A DNA stretch of 64,000 bases. Origin: an uncultured Clostridia bacterium (GTDB lineage: Bacteria > Bacillota > Clostridia > Christensenellales > UBA1242). Below are positions 44,157 through 53,713 of this stretch, piece by piece. The DNA is taken from assembly GCA_905235485.1 (NCBI GenBank), contig CAJOLY010000004.1, forward strand, positions 175 to 64,174. Direction: 5' to 3'. Each line of letters opens with the position of its first letter. Position 1 is the stretch's first letter. The translations under genes were made by a program, and so were the position numbers. The notes under the pieces are model-generated. The model had not been told where the DNA came from, did not search any database, and worked only from the letters and a program-made list of their open reading frames with translations.

Positions 44157-45296
44157 ATGGTTAGTAAAGATTTTTTTCAGGCATTGGAAGATTTAGAAAG
44201 TTTAAGAAAAGTTAAAAAGGAAGTGTTTATTGAAGCTTTAGAAACAGCACTCACTTCTGCTTATAAAAGAAATTATGGTGAAGCAAAAAGTGCTTTTGTA
44301 AAACTAAATCCAGACAAATGTAAAATTGAAGTTTTTAGTTATAAAACAGTTGTTGAAAACGAAGAAGAATTCGTTGATCCAGACAAGCAAATTTTGCTCA
44401 GCGATGCAAAACTCATAAAAAAGAGTTACAAGGTTGGAGATCTCGTTCAACAAGAAGAAAATCCTAAGGATTTTGGTCGTATTGCAGTCCAAACAGCAAA
44501 ACAAGTTGTGATGCAAAAACTTAGAGAAGTTGAGAGAAACCAGACAATAAGCGAAATAAGTGAAAAGGAAGACGAACTAGTTACAACAGTGGTTAATCGT
44601 ATTGACGGAGAAAATGTATTTGTTGAATTAGGCACAAATCAAATTGAAGCTGTTATGGGAAAGTCTGATCAAATTCCAGGTGAAAGATATTATGTTAATC
44701 AAAGACTTAAGGTCTATGTTAAAAAAATTAAAGAGGGCGTAAAAGGACCGATGCTTCAAGTATCTCGTGGAAATACAGGTTTTATCAAAAAATTGTTTGA
44801 ACTTGAAATTCCAGAAATTGCAAATGGTGAAGTTGTTATCAATTCAATTTCAAGAGAAGCTGGTTACAGAACAAAAATAGCTGTTTCAACAAGTAATCCA
44901 AATGTTGACCCAATTGGTGCATGCGTTGGAGATAAGGGAATTAGAATAAACACAATCATCACGGAACTTAATGGTGAAAAAATTGATATAATAGAATATT
45001 GTGATGATTTGACTGAATATATTGGCAGATCTTTGAGCCCAGCACCAGTCGAAAGTGTTACAATGATTGGCGAAGGTCAAGCACTTGCAATTGTGCCTGA
45101 TGACAAACTTTCACTTGCTATTGGAAAAAGTGGCCAAAATGTTAGACTTGCTGCAAGACTTACCCACACACGAATTGATGTAAAAAGTCATTCTGCAGCA
45201 CTTGAAGCTAATGCCACAACTAATAAAAATAATGAAATTCCAGACACTGATTTAACAGTTAATCTCGATGACATGTTTAATGATGATGGAGAATAA
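44157..45296 (+). CDS. nusA: transcription termination/antitermination factor NusA
   Basis: S1 and two KH domains (GACVGDKGIRINTI; AIGKSGQNVRLAARL). Confidence 0.95.
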   Translation: MVSKDFFQALEDLESLRKVKKEVFIEALETALTSAYKRNYGEAKSAFVKLNPDKCKIEVFSYKTVVENEEEFVDPDKQILLSDAKLIKKSYKVGDLVQQEENPKDFGRIAVQTAKQVVMQKLREVERNQTISEISEKEDELVTTVVNRIDGENVFVELGTNQIEAVMGKSDQIPGERYYVNQRLKVYVKKIKEGVKGPMLQVSRGNTGFIKKLFELEIPEIANGEVVINSISREAGYRTKIAVSTSNPNVDPIGACVGDKGIRINTIITELNGEKIDIIEYCDDLTEYIGRSLSPAPVESVTMIGEGQALAIVPDDKLSLAIGKSGQNVRLAARLTHTRIDVKSHSAALEANATTNKNNEIPDTDLTVNLDDMFNDDGE

Positions 45297-45302
45297 AACA
45301 TT

Positions 45303-45548
45303 ATGCATAAACCAGTTAGAATGTGTGTTTCGTGCAGAGAAAGACACGAAAAAGATGATTTAATAAGATTGTCAATATCAAATAATGAAATTATTGTTGA
45401 TAACGAAAAAGCATATAATTCTAGGGCGATTTATGTTTGTAAAAATGAAAAATGTATTTCAAACTTAAAAAAGAACAAAGCTATTTCAAGAGCATTTAAA
45501 ACAAATACTAATGATAGCTTTTATGAAAATTTAAAAAATTCAATTTAG
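45303..45548 (+). CDS. ylxR: YlxR/RnpM family RNA-binding protein (DUF448)
   Basis: RMCVSCRERHEKDDLIRL signature, located between nusA and infB. Confidence 0.9.
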   Translation: MHKPVRMCVSCRERHEKDDLIRLSISNNEIIVDNEKAYNSRAIYVCKNEKCISNLKKNKAISRAFKTNTNDSFYENLKNSI

Positions 45549-45558
45549 GAGAAACACT

Positions 45559-47982
45559 TTGAGTAAAGAAACTACAGAAACAAAAAAGAATAATAAAGTT
45601 AGTGCAACTAGTAATCTTAAAAAGCTTGTTGATATCTTTTTTGCAAAGGATGAGTTAAATGCTGTTGATGAGATCAAACAAGCAAGATTGGTTATAAATC
45701 AAATTTGCAAAAATGTTAGAGAAAAGATTTCAAAAATCACAGGTAAACCCGTTGAATTTAGAGAAACAGAAAAAGCAGCAAAAAAAACTACTGCTGTTTT
45801 ACCATCTAAGGGAGTTGACACAAGGGATCCTAACAAGTTGTTTGCTGGAAGTTTTGGAAAAAGCAACCAAAAGCCACAGGGCTCAAGAGTTGGAAGTGCA
45901 AGCTTTGGAGGAAAAAAACCATATGGTGAAAAATCTTTTGCTGGCAAAAATCCGCAAAAACCTTTTGGAAACAAACCTTTTGGACCTAAACCACTAAGTA
46001 GACTTGGAACAGCAGAGGTTGACATTGATCTAAATGCACTCAAAAGCAATGATAGAAATTTTGGAAATAAAAAGAAAACACACGAAGTTCAAGAAAGAAA
46101 GCAAATGAGCAAAAAAGCTCAAATGCGCTGGACTGGTGCGAATGTTGATGATGATAGCGATGTAGTTAGCAGAAAAATTAAAACAAAAAAGAAAGACTCA
46201 AAACCTATTGAAACTGTTAAAATTGAAAATGCTGTTATCAAAACAGAGAATTTAACAGTTAAAATTTTAAGTGAACAAATCGGCGTTGCAGTTCCAGAAA
46301 TCGTAAAAAAATTATTTATTTTAGGAATGATGGCTACAATAAATAGCACTATTGATTTTGAAACAGCTGAACTTGTTAGTAACGAATTTGGTGTAAAGCT
46401 TGAAAAGAAAATTGAAGCTACAGCAGAAGAAAAATTTCAAACAAAACTTGAAAGTGCAATTGATGATGATCCGAGTTTGCTTGTAAAACGACCACCAATT
46501 GTCACCGTTATGGGTCACGTTGACCATGGAAAAACTTCACTTTTGGATGCCATTAGAAAAACAAATGTCGTTTCTGGTGAGGCTGGAGGAATTACCCAAA
46601 GTATTGGTGCGTCAACTACAAAAATCAATGATAGGGTTATCACATTTATTGATACACCAGGGCACGCTGCATTCACTGCTATGCGTGAAAGAGGTGCACA
46701 AATAACAGATATTGCAATTTTGGTTGTTGCAGCTGATGATGGCATAATGCCTCAAACAATTGAAGCAATTGAAGATATAAAGGCAGCAAAGGTACCTATG
46801 ATTGTTGCTATCAACAAAGTTGACAAGCCAGAAGCGAACATTGATAGAGTAATGAAAGAACTAGCTGATCATGGAATTTTGCCAGAAGAATGGGGCGGAG
46901 ATACAATTTGTGTGCCAATTTCCGCAAAGCAAAACAAAAATATTGACAAACTTCTTGAAATGGTTCTTTTGGTTGCAGATGTTCAAGATTTGAAAGCAAA
47001 TCCTTCACGAACTGCAATAGGAACTGTTATTGAGTCAAGACTCGATAAAGGTAAAGGCCCAGTGGCATCAATTCTTGTTCAAAATGGAACATTAAGAGTT
47101 GGTGATACTGTTGTTGCCGGTATCGCTTTTGGTAGAATTCGAGCAATGATGGATGAAAAAGGCAAAAATGTTAAGGAAGCCACGCCATCAATGCCAGTTC
47201 AAATACTAGGTCTTGATGCCGTGCCACAAAGTGGTGATCGATTGATGGTTGTTGATGAAAAGATGAAAGCTGAAATTATTGCTGAAAGAAAGAACAAAAT
47301 CAAGCTATCTAAAATACAATCTCAATCTGCAGTAAGCGTGGATGATTTCTTTAACAAAGTTAAGGAAGGAAATCTTAAACATCTCAACATTATCATAAAA
47401 GCAGATGTTCAAGGTAGTGCAGAAGCTTTAAAAGCAAGCTTAGAAGTACTTAGAAATGAAGAAGCAAAAGTTGTTGTTGTTAATTCAGGCGTTGGAAATA
47501 TCACAGAAAGTGATGTTCTGCTTGCTGAAGCTTCAAGTGCAAAGATTATAGGATTTAATGTTAGAACTGAAGACAAAGCCGAAAACCTTGCAAAACAAGA
47601 TAAAGTTGATATTGAAAATTACAGCATTATTTATGAATGTATAGAAAATGTTGAAAGAGCACTAAAAAGTCTTATGGCTCCAAAATTTGCCGATGTTAGA
47701 ATTGGAACTGTTGAAGTTAGACAATTATTCAAAGTTTCAAGTCTTGGTACAATTGCAGGATGCTATGTTGTGGATGGAAAAGTTAAAAGAGATGCAAAGG
47801 TGCATATCATTAGAAACGGAAAAGATATTGCTGAAGCACCAATTGAAACTTTAAGAGTGCAAAAAGATGAAGTTAAATCTGTTGGAAAAGGCTTTGAATG
47901 TGGAATTAAACTTAAAGACTTTAATGATATTCAAGAACTTGATCAATTTGAAGTGTATGTTACAGAGCAGGTGATGTTATGA
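45559..47982 (+). CDS. infB: translation initiation factor IF-2
   Basis: G domain ([26 protein letters not shown]), TTG start with an AGGAG RBS, and a low-complexity FG/K-rich N-terminal region. Confidence 0.95.
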   Translation: MSKETTETKKNNKVSATSNLKKLVDIFFAKDELNAVDEIKQARLVINQICKNVREKISKITGKPVEFRETEKAAKKTTAVLPSKGVDTRDPNKLFAGSFGKSNQKPQGSRVGSASFGGKKPYGEKSFAGKNPQKPFGNKPFGPKPLSRLGTAEVDIDLNALKSNDRNFGNKKKTHEVQERKQMSKKAQMRWTGANVDDDSDVVSRKIKTKKKDSKPIETVKIENAVIKTENLTVKILSEQIGVAVPEIVKKLFILGMMATINSTIDFETAELVSNEFGVKLEKKIEATAEEKFQTKLESAIDDDPSLLVKRPPIVTVMGHVDHGKTSLLDAIRKTNVVSGEAGGITQSIGASTTKINDRVITFIDTPGHAAFTAMRERGAQITDIAILVVAADDGIMPQTIEAIEDIKAAKVPMIVAINKVDKPEANIDRVMKELADHGILPEEWGGDTICVPISAKQNKNIDKLLEMVLLVADVQDLKANPSRTAIGTVIESRLDKGKGPVASILVQNGTLRVGDTVVAGIAFGRIRAMMDEKGKNVKEATPSMPVQILGLDAVPQSGDRLMVVDEKMKAEIIAERKNKIKLSKIQSQSAVSVDDFFNKVKEGNLKHLNIIIKADVQGSAEALKASLEVLRNEEAKVVVVNSGVGNITESDVLLAEASSAKIIGFNVRTEDKAENLAKQDKVDIENYSIIYECIENVERALKSLMAPKFADVRIGTVEVRQLFKVSSLGTIAGCYVVDGKVKRDAKVHIIRNGKDIAEAPIETLRVQKDEVKSVGKGFECGIKLKDFNDIQELDQFEVYVTEQVML

Positions 47983-48338
47983 CAAATAGCAACAGATTGG
48001 GCAGAATTGATAGTGAAATTCAAACAGCACTTGCTGATACTTTAACGTATAATATGAATGCAAAAGAACTTGAAGGCGTTATGGTTAGTGTTATTTCATG
48101 CCACACTTCAAAGGATTTAAAACATTGTAAAGTATTGATCAGCATTTTTCCAGACACAGAAAAAGAAAAAAAGTTTTTTGCAGTTAAAAATGCAACACCA
48201 TATTTAAGACGAGAACTTGCAAGAAAAATTAATTTGAGAGTAGTTCCTGAACTTACTTTTGAACTTGACAATAGTGCGGAATATGGAGCAAATATTGATA
48301 GAATCATCGCAAATTTGCATAAAAATGAGGAAAATTGA
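47979..48338 (+). CDS. rbfA: ribosome-binding factor A
   Basis: The RLGRIDSEIQTALADTL... start and position after infB. Confidence 0.9.
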   Translation: MTNSNRLGRIDSEIQTALADTLTYNMNAKELEGVMVSVISCHTSKDLKHCKVLISIFPDTEKEKKFFAVKNATPYLRRELARKINLRVVPELTFELDNSAEYGANIDRIIANLHKNEEN

Positions 48339-49291
48339 TGGAAAATATATTTGATTTGATAAAATCAAGCGAGACAATTGCAATATTTGCTCATATAAAC
48401 TGTGATGGTGATGCAGTCGGAAGTGCTATGGCTTTCAAAAAATATATTGATAGCTTAGGCAAAAAATGTTGTGTTTTTATTCAAAGGCCAATAAGTGAAA
48501 ATTATTATTTTATGGGAATCGACGAGGTCGCAAATAAAGAATCACTAGATAGTTATGACTTAGCAATTGCAGTTGATTGTCCAAACACAAAACGATTTGG
48601 TCAATTTGAAGTAGAATTTTTCAAAGCAAAAATCTCAATCAATATTGATCACCATTTAGATAATGATTTTTTTGGAACACAGAATATTGTTAACACAAAG
48701 ATAAGCAGTGCATGTGAATTGATATTTAATTTGTTCAAAGAAGCAAAAATAAATATAACTCCTGATGTGGCAACTTGTTTATATTCAGGAATAGCAACAG
48801 ACACAGGTAGATTTTCTCATTCAAACACAACATATTCAAGCTTTATTGCAGCGGGTGAATTAGTGAAATTTGGTGCTGACCTTGAAACTTTGAACTATAA
48901 TTTGTTTAATCATATAAAAATGAATGAATTTGATATTCAAAGACTTGCTCTATCAAATACTGAATTTTATGAAAATGGAAAAATTGCGTTTGTTGGAATT
49001 ACAAAAAAGATGCTTGAAACTGCACAAGCAGATTCAACTTGCACATATAGGATTATTGACCAAATAAATAGTATTGATGGCGTTGAAATTGCAGTACTTT
49101 TGACTGAAAATAAATATAAGGAAAATCTAGTTTCAGTTCGTTCGCGAAATTATAGTGCACAGCGAATTTGCAAGGCTTTTGGCGGTGGAGGACATTTGCG
49201 AGCATCGGGATGCAGGATTTTTGTTCCATATAAAATTGCAAAAAATAAACTATTAGAAGAATGCAAAAAGGAACTTAACCGGAATGAATAG
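48338..49291 (+). CDS. nrnA: DHH/DHHA1 family phosphoesterase (NrnA-like oligoribonuclease/pAp phosphatase)
   Basis: DHH motifs (HINCDGDAVGS, AVDC, NIDHH, GIATDTGRF) and DHHA1 GGGGH. ATG at 48338 overlaps the rbfA stop. Confidence 0.75.
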   Translation: MENIFDLIKSSETIAIFAHINCDGDAVGSAMAFKKYIDSLGKKCCVFIQRPISENYYFMGIDEVANKESLDSYDLAIAVDCPNTKRFGQFEVEFFKAKISINIDHHLDNDFFGTQNIVNTKISSACELIFNLFKEAKINITPDVATCLYSGIATDTGRFSHSNTTYSSFIAAGELVKFGADLETLNYNLFNHIKMNEFDIQRLALSNTEFYENGKIAFVGITKKMLETAQADSTCTYRIIDQINSIDGVEIAVLLTENKYKENLVSVRSRNYSAQRICKAFGGGGHLRASGCRIFVPYKIAKNKLLEECKKELNRNE

Positions 49292-50141
49292 TGGAATAAT
49301 CAATATTTTAAAGCCAGCTGGAATGACAAGCAATGCAGTTTTGTCAAAAATCAAAAAGTTATTGCATCCAAACAAAATTGGACATTTGGGTACGCTAGAC
49401 CCAAGTGCATCAGGTGTTCTTCCGATCTGCATAAACAAGGCAACAAAACTTTTTGACTATTATCTCAAAAAAGATAAAACGTACAGAACTATTTTTGTTT
49501 TTGGAAAAGAGACTGACACAATTGATAGCGACGGAAAAACAATCAAAAAAGATGAAAAAAACATCGAAAAAAGCGAAATTTTTGATGTTATTCCAAAACT
49601 TTTAGGAAAACAAAGTCAGATTCCTCCAAATTATTCTGCAAAAAAAATTGATGGAAAGCGGGCATATGACCTAGCAAGAAACGGCTCTGAGTTTGAACTT
49701 AAGCCAAAAGAAGTAGAAATATTTAGCATTGACATAATAGAGCAAATCGCAAAAAACACTTTTTTATTTCAAATCAAGTGTTCTAGTGGAACTTATGTGA
49801 GGAGCATTGCTCGTGATATGGCAAAACTATTGAATACTGTTGCTTATGTTGGTGCAATAATTAGGACTCAAAGCGGTAGTTTTGAAATAGAAAATTCAAT
49901 ATTGATTGATACGGTCTCAACAGATAGCATAATGCCACTCAAAAATATTTTAAAAGATAGGCAAAATGTGTTTGTTTTAGATGAATTATATGATAAAATA
50001 ACTAATGGATGTGAAATTTGCACGGAAATTAAAAATTTAGATTGCTGTGTTGTGTATTGCAAAGGTGAACTCATTGGACTTGGTAATATAGAAGATAGCA
50101 AACTAAAAATCACAACAAATTTGAGGGAGAAAAATGATTAG
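49284..50141 (+). CDS. truB: tRNA pseudouridine(55) synthase
   Basis: GIINILKPAGMTSN..., HLGTLDPSASGVLPI (catalytic Asp), and SSGTYVRSIARD. Confidence 0.95.
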   Translation: MNSGIINILKPAGMTSNAVLSKIKKLLHPNKIGHLGTLDPSASGVLPICINKATKLFDYYLKKDKTYRTIFVFGKETDTIDSDGKTIKKDEKNIEKSEIFDVIPKLLGKQSQIPPNYSAKKIDGKRAYDLARNGSEFELKPKEVEIFSIDIIEQIAKNTFLFQIKCSSGTYVRSIARDMAKLLNTVAYVGAIIRTQSGSFEIENSILIDTVSTDSIMPLKNILKDRQNVFVLDELYDKITNGCEICTEIKNLDCCVVYCKGELIGLGNIEDSKLKITTNLREKND

Positions 50142-50988
50142 ATTTGGCCCTTCTGGAAACAGTCAAATATTTTATGATGATGGTGGAAAAACAAGCTTTG
50201 AAGCACCAAAATGGTGCAAAGAGCACGGTTTACTTGCATATGAATATTCTTTTGGAAGAATGTTTAATATGAGTCACGACAAGGCAAAATTTTTAGGTGA
50301 TGAAGCTGAAAAAAATGAAGTTTTGGTTAGTGTACATGCACCATATTACATAAATTTGGCAAATCCTAGCGACGATGTCTTTGAGAAAAACATCAATTAT
50401 TTAACAACAAGCCTTTCATATTTGCAAGATTTCAAAGGGACTCAATGTGTGTTTCATCCTGGAAGTTGTGGAAAGGAACCACGAAATGTTGCCTTCAATA
50501 GGCTACTGTCTAGAATGGATAAACTTCTTGAAAGCATATATTCTGCTGGGTATGGACATTTGTTTATATGTCCTGAAACAATGGGAAAAAGTCAGCAACT
50601 TGGAAGTGTTGAAGAAATTGTTGAAATGTGCAAATTTGACAAATGTCTTATTCCAACACTAGATTTTGGACATATCAATGCAGTGACAGGCGGTACATTA
50701 AAAACTGTAGACGACTATCGAAAAATTCTAGATTTGGTATATAATGAACTTGGTGAGTTCAAAGCAAAAAATTTACATATTCATTTTTCTAAAATTGAAT
50801 ATACATCAAAGGGAGAAGTTAAGCATCTAACCCTTGATGACACAATCTATGGCCCTGAATTTGAGCCACTTGCCGTGGTATTGAAGGAAATGGGACTTGA
50901 ACCAACCATCATTTCAGAAAGCAAAGGCACAATGATGGAAGATGCTATAAAACTAAAAAATATTTATGAATCTATAGGGGGAAATTAA
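50134..50988 (+). CDS. TIM-barrel AP endonuclease family 2 / endonuclease IV-like protein
   Basis: The pattern MIRFGPSGNS...SVHAPYYINLANP...CVFHPG...LDFGHINA is typical of xylose-isomerase-like TIM barrel (Nfo-related) proteins. Confidence 0.6.
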   Translation: MIRFGPSGNSQIFYDDGGKTSFEAPKWCKEHGLLAYEYSFGRMFNMSHDKAKFLGDEAEKNEVLVSVHAPYYINLANPSDDVFEKNINYLTTSLSYLQDFKGTQCVFHPGSCGKEPRNVAFNRLLSRMDKLLESIYSAGYGHLFICPETMGKSQQLGSVEEIVEMCKFDKCLIPTLDFGHINAVTGGTLKTVDDYRKILDLVYNELGEFKAKNLHIHFSKIEYTSKGEVKHLTLDDTIYGPEFEPLAVVLKEMGLEPTIISESKGTMMEDAIKLKNIYESIGGN

Positions 50989-50990
50989 AA

Positions 50991-51545
50991 ATGCAAACAG
51001 GTGATATTAAATTAGGAATGACATTCAAATACGATGGAAAGATTTATACAGCTGTTGAATGGCAACACGTTTGCCAACCAAGACTTGCTGCTTTTATTCG
51101 TGCTAGAATAAAAAATGTTGAAACAGGTGCAGTACTTGAAAGAAATTTCAAAACAAATGAAAATGTTGAAATTTGCCAAATTGAAAGAAGGGAAATGACT
51201 TATCTCTATAATGACAATGATTTGTATTACTTTATGGATATGGAAACTTATGATCAATTGCCTATTTCAAAAGAAGAAGTTGGCGATGCAATGAAATATG
51301 TTCTTGAAAATACACCAGCAACAATTCAAAGAGTTGATGGAAAAGTTATTGCAGTTGAACCACCACTTTTTGTAAATCTTAAAGTGGTTGAAACTGAGCC
51401 AGCTGTTCAAGGTGATACTTCAAAATCAGCAATGAAATCTGCAAAACTTGAAACAGGTCTGGAAATCAAAGTGCCACTTTTTGTAGGACAAGAAGATACT
51501 GTTAAAGTTGATACAAGAACTGGAACATATCTTGAAAGAGTTTAA
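50991..51545 (+). CDS. efp: elongation factor P
   Basis: 184 aa with EF-P patterns: ...VEWQHVCQPRLAAFIRARIKNVETG... and the C-terminal KVPLFV...G..VKVDTRTGTYLERV. Confidence 0.95.
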   Translation: MQTGDIKLGMTFKYDGKIYTAVEWQHVCQPRLAAFIRARIKNVETGAVLERNFKTNENVEICQIERREMTYLYNDNDLYYFMDMETYDQLPISKEEVGDAMKYVLENTPATIQRVDGKVIAVEPPLFVNLKVVETEPAVQGDTSKSAMKSAKLETGLEIKVPLFVGQEDTVKVDTRTGTYLERV

Positions 51546-51621
51546 GACTATTAGTGAAACAAAATGCTCAAAAAGGGCATTTTTTTCATGCTTAAAAAAT
51601 AGAATATATAGAGGAGTTTTT

Positions 51622-52542
51622 GTGTTAAAAGATATATTGCCAGATTTTTTGAATAAGTCTATTAGTTTTTTAAAATTTGATGACCTATGTGAACTGAGGC
51701 TCAGACTTTCAATGCCAATAACCGTGAACTACAAAAATACATATTATTTTTTGGGTGCTAACGGAGTATGTAATGAAAATGATGCAATCATTTGCACAAA
51801 TGAAATACTTAAATACATTATTTCAAAAGCAAGCAATTACTCAGTTTATGCTGTTAATGATGAGCTAAAAGAAGGTTTTTTGTCAGTTGGCGATGGCATA
51901 AGAATAGGAATCACAGGCACAGTAGTTATGCAAGAAGATAAAATATTAACTGTAAAAAATATTTCATCATTAAATATAAGGATTCCTCATCAAATTGTTG
52001 GCTCATCATATAAGATTTCAAAACTTATATTTGATGATGCGGGACAAGTTCTCAGTACACTTATTATTGGCTCACCTGGCGTTGGAAAAACAACAATTCT
52101 TAGGGATTTATGTGTACAAATCAACAAAGTTAGACGTGATATAAACATATTGCTTCTTGATGAAAGGTTAGAAATTTCGAGTAGTGTGAATGGTGTGCCA
52201 TCCCTTAATGTTGGAACAAGTACAGACATTATATGCGGTGGAAAAAAAGATTTTAATATAACAAACGGCATAAGGAGTATGTCACCAAATGTTGTTATTG
52301 TAGACGAAATAGGCAGCACTAATGATATAAAAGCAATCGAATATGCTATGAATTCAGGTGTTTCCATAATTGCTAGTGTGCATAGCAAGGATATTTTTGA
52401 ATTTCAAAAAAAATATGAGTTTGAAAATTTAATTAAGTCCAGAGCTTTTAAACGCTTTGCTGTGATATCCGGAATCAATGGAAAAGGAACAATTGATAAC
52501 GTTTATGATGAATTTTTAAGACCAATTTTGAGGTATATATGA
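51622..52542 (+). CDS. spoIIIAA: stage III sporulation protein AA (ATPase)
   Basis: Walker A IGSPGVGKTT, Walker B VVIVDEIG, and first position in an eight-gene spoIIIA-type operon. GTG start at 51622 after AGAGGAG is preferred over the efp-overlapping start at 51508. Confidence 0.85.
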   Translation: MLKDILPDFLNKSISFLKFDDLCELRLRLSMPITVNYKNTYYFLGANGVCNENDAIICTNEILKYIISKASNYSVYAVNDELKEGFLSVGDGIRIGITGTVVMQEDKILTVKNISSLNIRIPHQIVGSSYKISKLIFDDAGQVLSTLIIGSPGVGKTTILRDLCVQINKVRRDINILLLDERLEISSSVNGVPSLNVGTSTDIICGGKKDFNITNGIRSMSPNVVIVDEIGSTNDIKAIEYAMNSGVSIIASVHSKDIFEFQKKYEFENLIKSRAFKRFAVISGINGKGTIDNVYDEFLRPILRYI

Positions 52543-53039
52543 TTAAAATTATTTTACTTATAGCTCTTTTTGGTGCCTCAGGTTTTTTGGGATTTCAAAC
52601 AGCAAAAGTATTTGAATCAAAAACAAAATTTTATAAAGATGCATTAGATTTTACAAAAAATATTAAAGCTGAAATTTCTTTTTTAAAAACAGATATAATA
52701 TCACTTCTATCAAAATATAATTTTTCATCAAAATTTGAAAATGTTAAAAATGATATAAAAGAATTATATAAATCAAATAAAGAAATTTCAATTGATGACA
52801 TTAAACATACAATAAATAAATATATAACAATTAAAGATGAAGAAGTAAATATAATATCTCAAATGTTTTTCGAGCTTGGGCAACTAGGATATATAGAGCA
52901 AATAGAAAGACTTGAGTATTACATCAATCACTTTCAATCAGTTCTTTCAAAAGAAAAAGATAGAGCAGATAAAATGATGCCATTTTGCAAAAAAATGGGT
53001 GTTTTGATAGGTTTACTAGTTTGCATAGTACTGATATAG
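52539..53039 (+). CDS. spoIIIAB: stage III sporulation protein AB
   Basis: Size, an N-terminal TM and operon position. The start overlaps the spoIIIAA stop. Confidence 0.8.
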   Translation: MIKIILLIALFGASGFLGFQTAKVFESKTKFYKDALDFTKNIKAEISFLKTDIISLLSKYNFSSKFENVKNDIKELYKSNKEISIDDIKHTINKYITIKDEEVNIISQMFFELGQLGYIEQIERLEYYINHFQSVLSKEKDRADKMMPFCKKMGVLIGLLVCIVLI

Positions 53040-53089
53040 TTTGCATAGTAGTTAATTATAACTATTGCATAGTACTATGCATAGTAGTA
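53017..53089. repeat. cluster of four TGCATAGTA motifs including a perfect 16-bp palindrome TGCATAGTACTATGCA
   Basis: Motif copies at 53022-53030, 53042-53050, 53066-53074 and 53078-53086. The palindrome is at 53066-53081. The cluster spans the spoIIIAB stop and the AB-AC intergenic region. Confidence 0.85.
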
Positions 53090-53114
53090 TATGTACTATA
53101 CAAAGGGGTTGAAA

Positions 53115-53309
53115 ATGGGAATAGAAATAATTTTAAAGATAGCAGCAGTAGGAATTTTAACAAGTGTTGTAAATCAGGTGTTAAAATATTGTGGAAAAGA
53201 GGAAATCAGCACTTTAACAACACTTGCAGGACTAATTGTAGTGCTTGTTATGGTTGTTAATTTGATTAGCCAACTTTTTGACACTGTGAAAAGTTTATTT
53301 TCTTTGTAG
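53115..53309 (+). CDS. spoIIIAC: stage III sporulation protein AC
   Basis: 64-aa two-TM protein with a canonical SpoIIIAC pattern (ILKIAAVGILTSVVNQVLK..GKEE). GGGG RBS. Confidence 0.9.
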   Translation: MGIEIILKIAAVGILTSVVNQVLKYCGKEEISTLTTLAGLIVVLVMVVNLISQLFDTVKSLFSL

Positions 53310-53315
53310 GTTTGT

Positions 53316-53702
53316 ATGGATATAGTTAAAGTTATCGCAATTGGAATTATTACAGCAGTTTGTTCAATTGTTTTAAAACAGATAAAGCCTGAACTTGCTA
53401 TTTTTGCAGTTATTTCTGGATCTATTATTATTTTATCTTTGATTTTGCAATCTGTTGGCGGAGTTCTTGAAGAATACAAGTCAATTATAAACAGGACAGG
53501 CCTTAATGCTGGTATTTTTGCAAATATTTTGAAAATTATTGGGGTAGGTTACTTGGTGGAATTTGCTAGTGATATTTGTAATGATGCAGGAATTGGAAGT
53601 GTTTCAAACAAAATATTGCTGGCTGGAAAAATTTTGATACTTATTATGTGTTTGCCTATTGTTCAAAATTTGCTGGAAATTATTTTAAATTTTATCTCAT
53701 AG
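53316..53702 (+). CDS. spoIIIAD: stage III sporulation protein AD
   Basis: 128-aa four-TM protein (MDIVKVIAIGIITAVCSIVLKQ..PE) in the expected operon position. Confidence 0.9.
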   Translation: MDIVKVIAIGIITAVCSIVLKQIKPELAIFAVISGSIIILSLILQSVGGVLEEYKSIINRTGLNAGIFANILKIIGVGYLVEFASDICNDAGIGSVSNKILLAGKILILIMCLPIVQNLLEIILNFIS

Positions 53703-53713
53703 GTTGAATAAAA

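Noticed and set aside
51508-51621. Upstream ATG start of spoIIIAA overlapping efp by 38 nt
   Set aside because: The extension has no RBS and no SpoIIIAA-like sequence. GTG at 51622, preceded by AGAGGAG, is the better start. A sigma-E-type promoter probably lies in this stretch, but I could not define it confidently.
52985-53260. 91-aa ORF spanning the spoIIIAB-AC junction (CIVVNYNYCIVLCIVVY...)
   Set aside because: It is a reading-frame artefact of the TGCATAGTA repeat cluster and overlaps the well-supported spoIIIAC frame.
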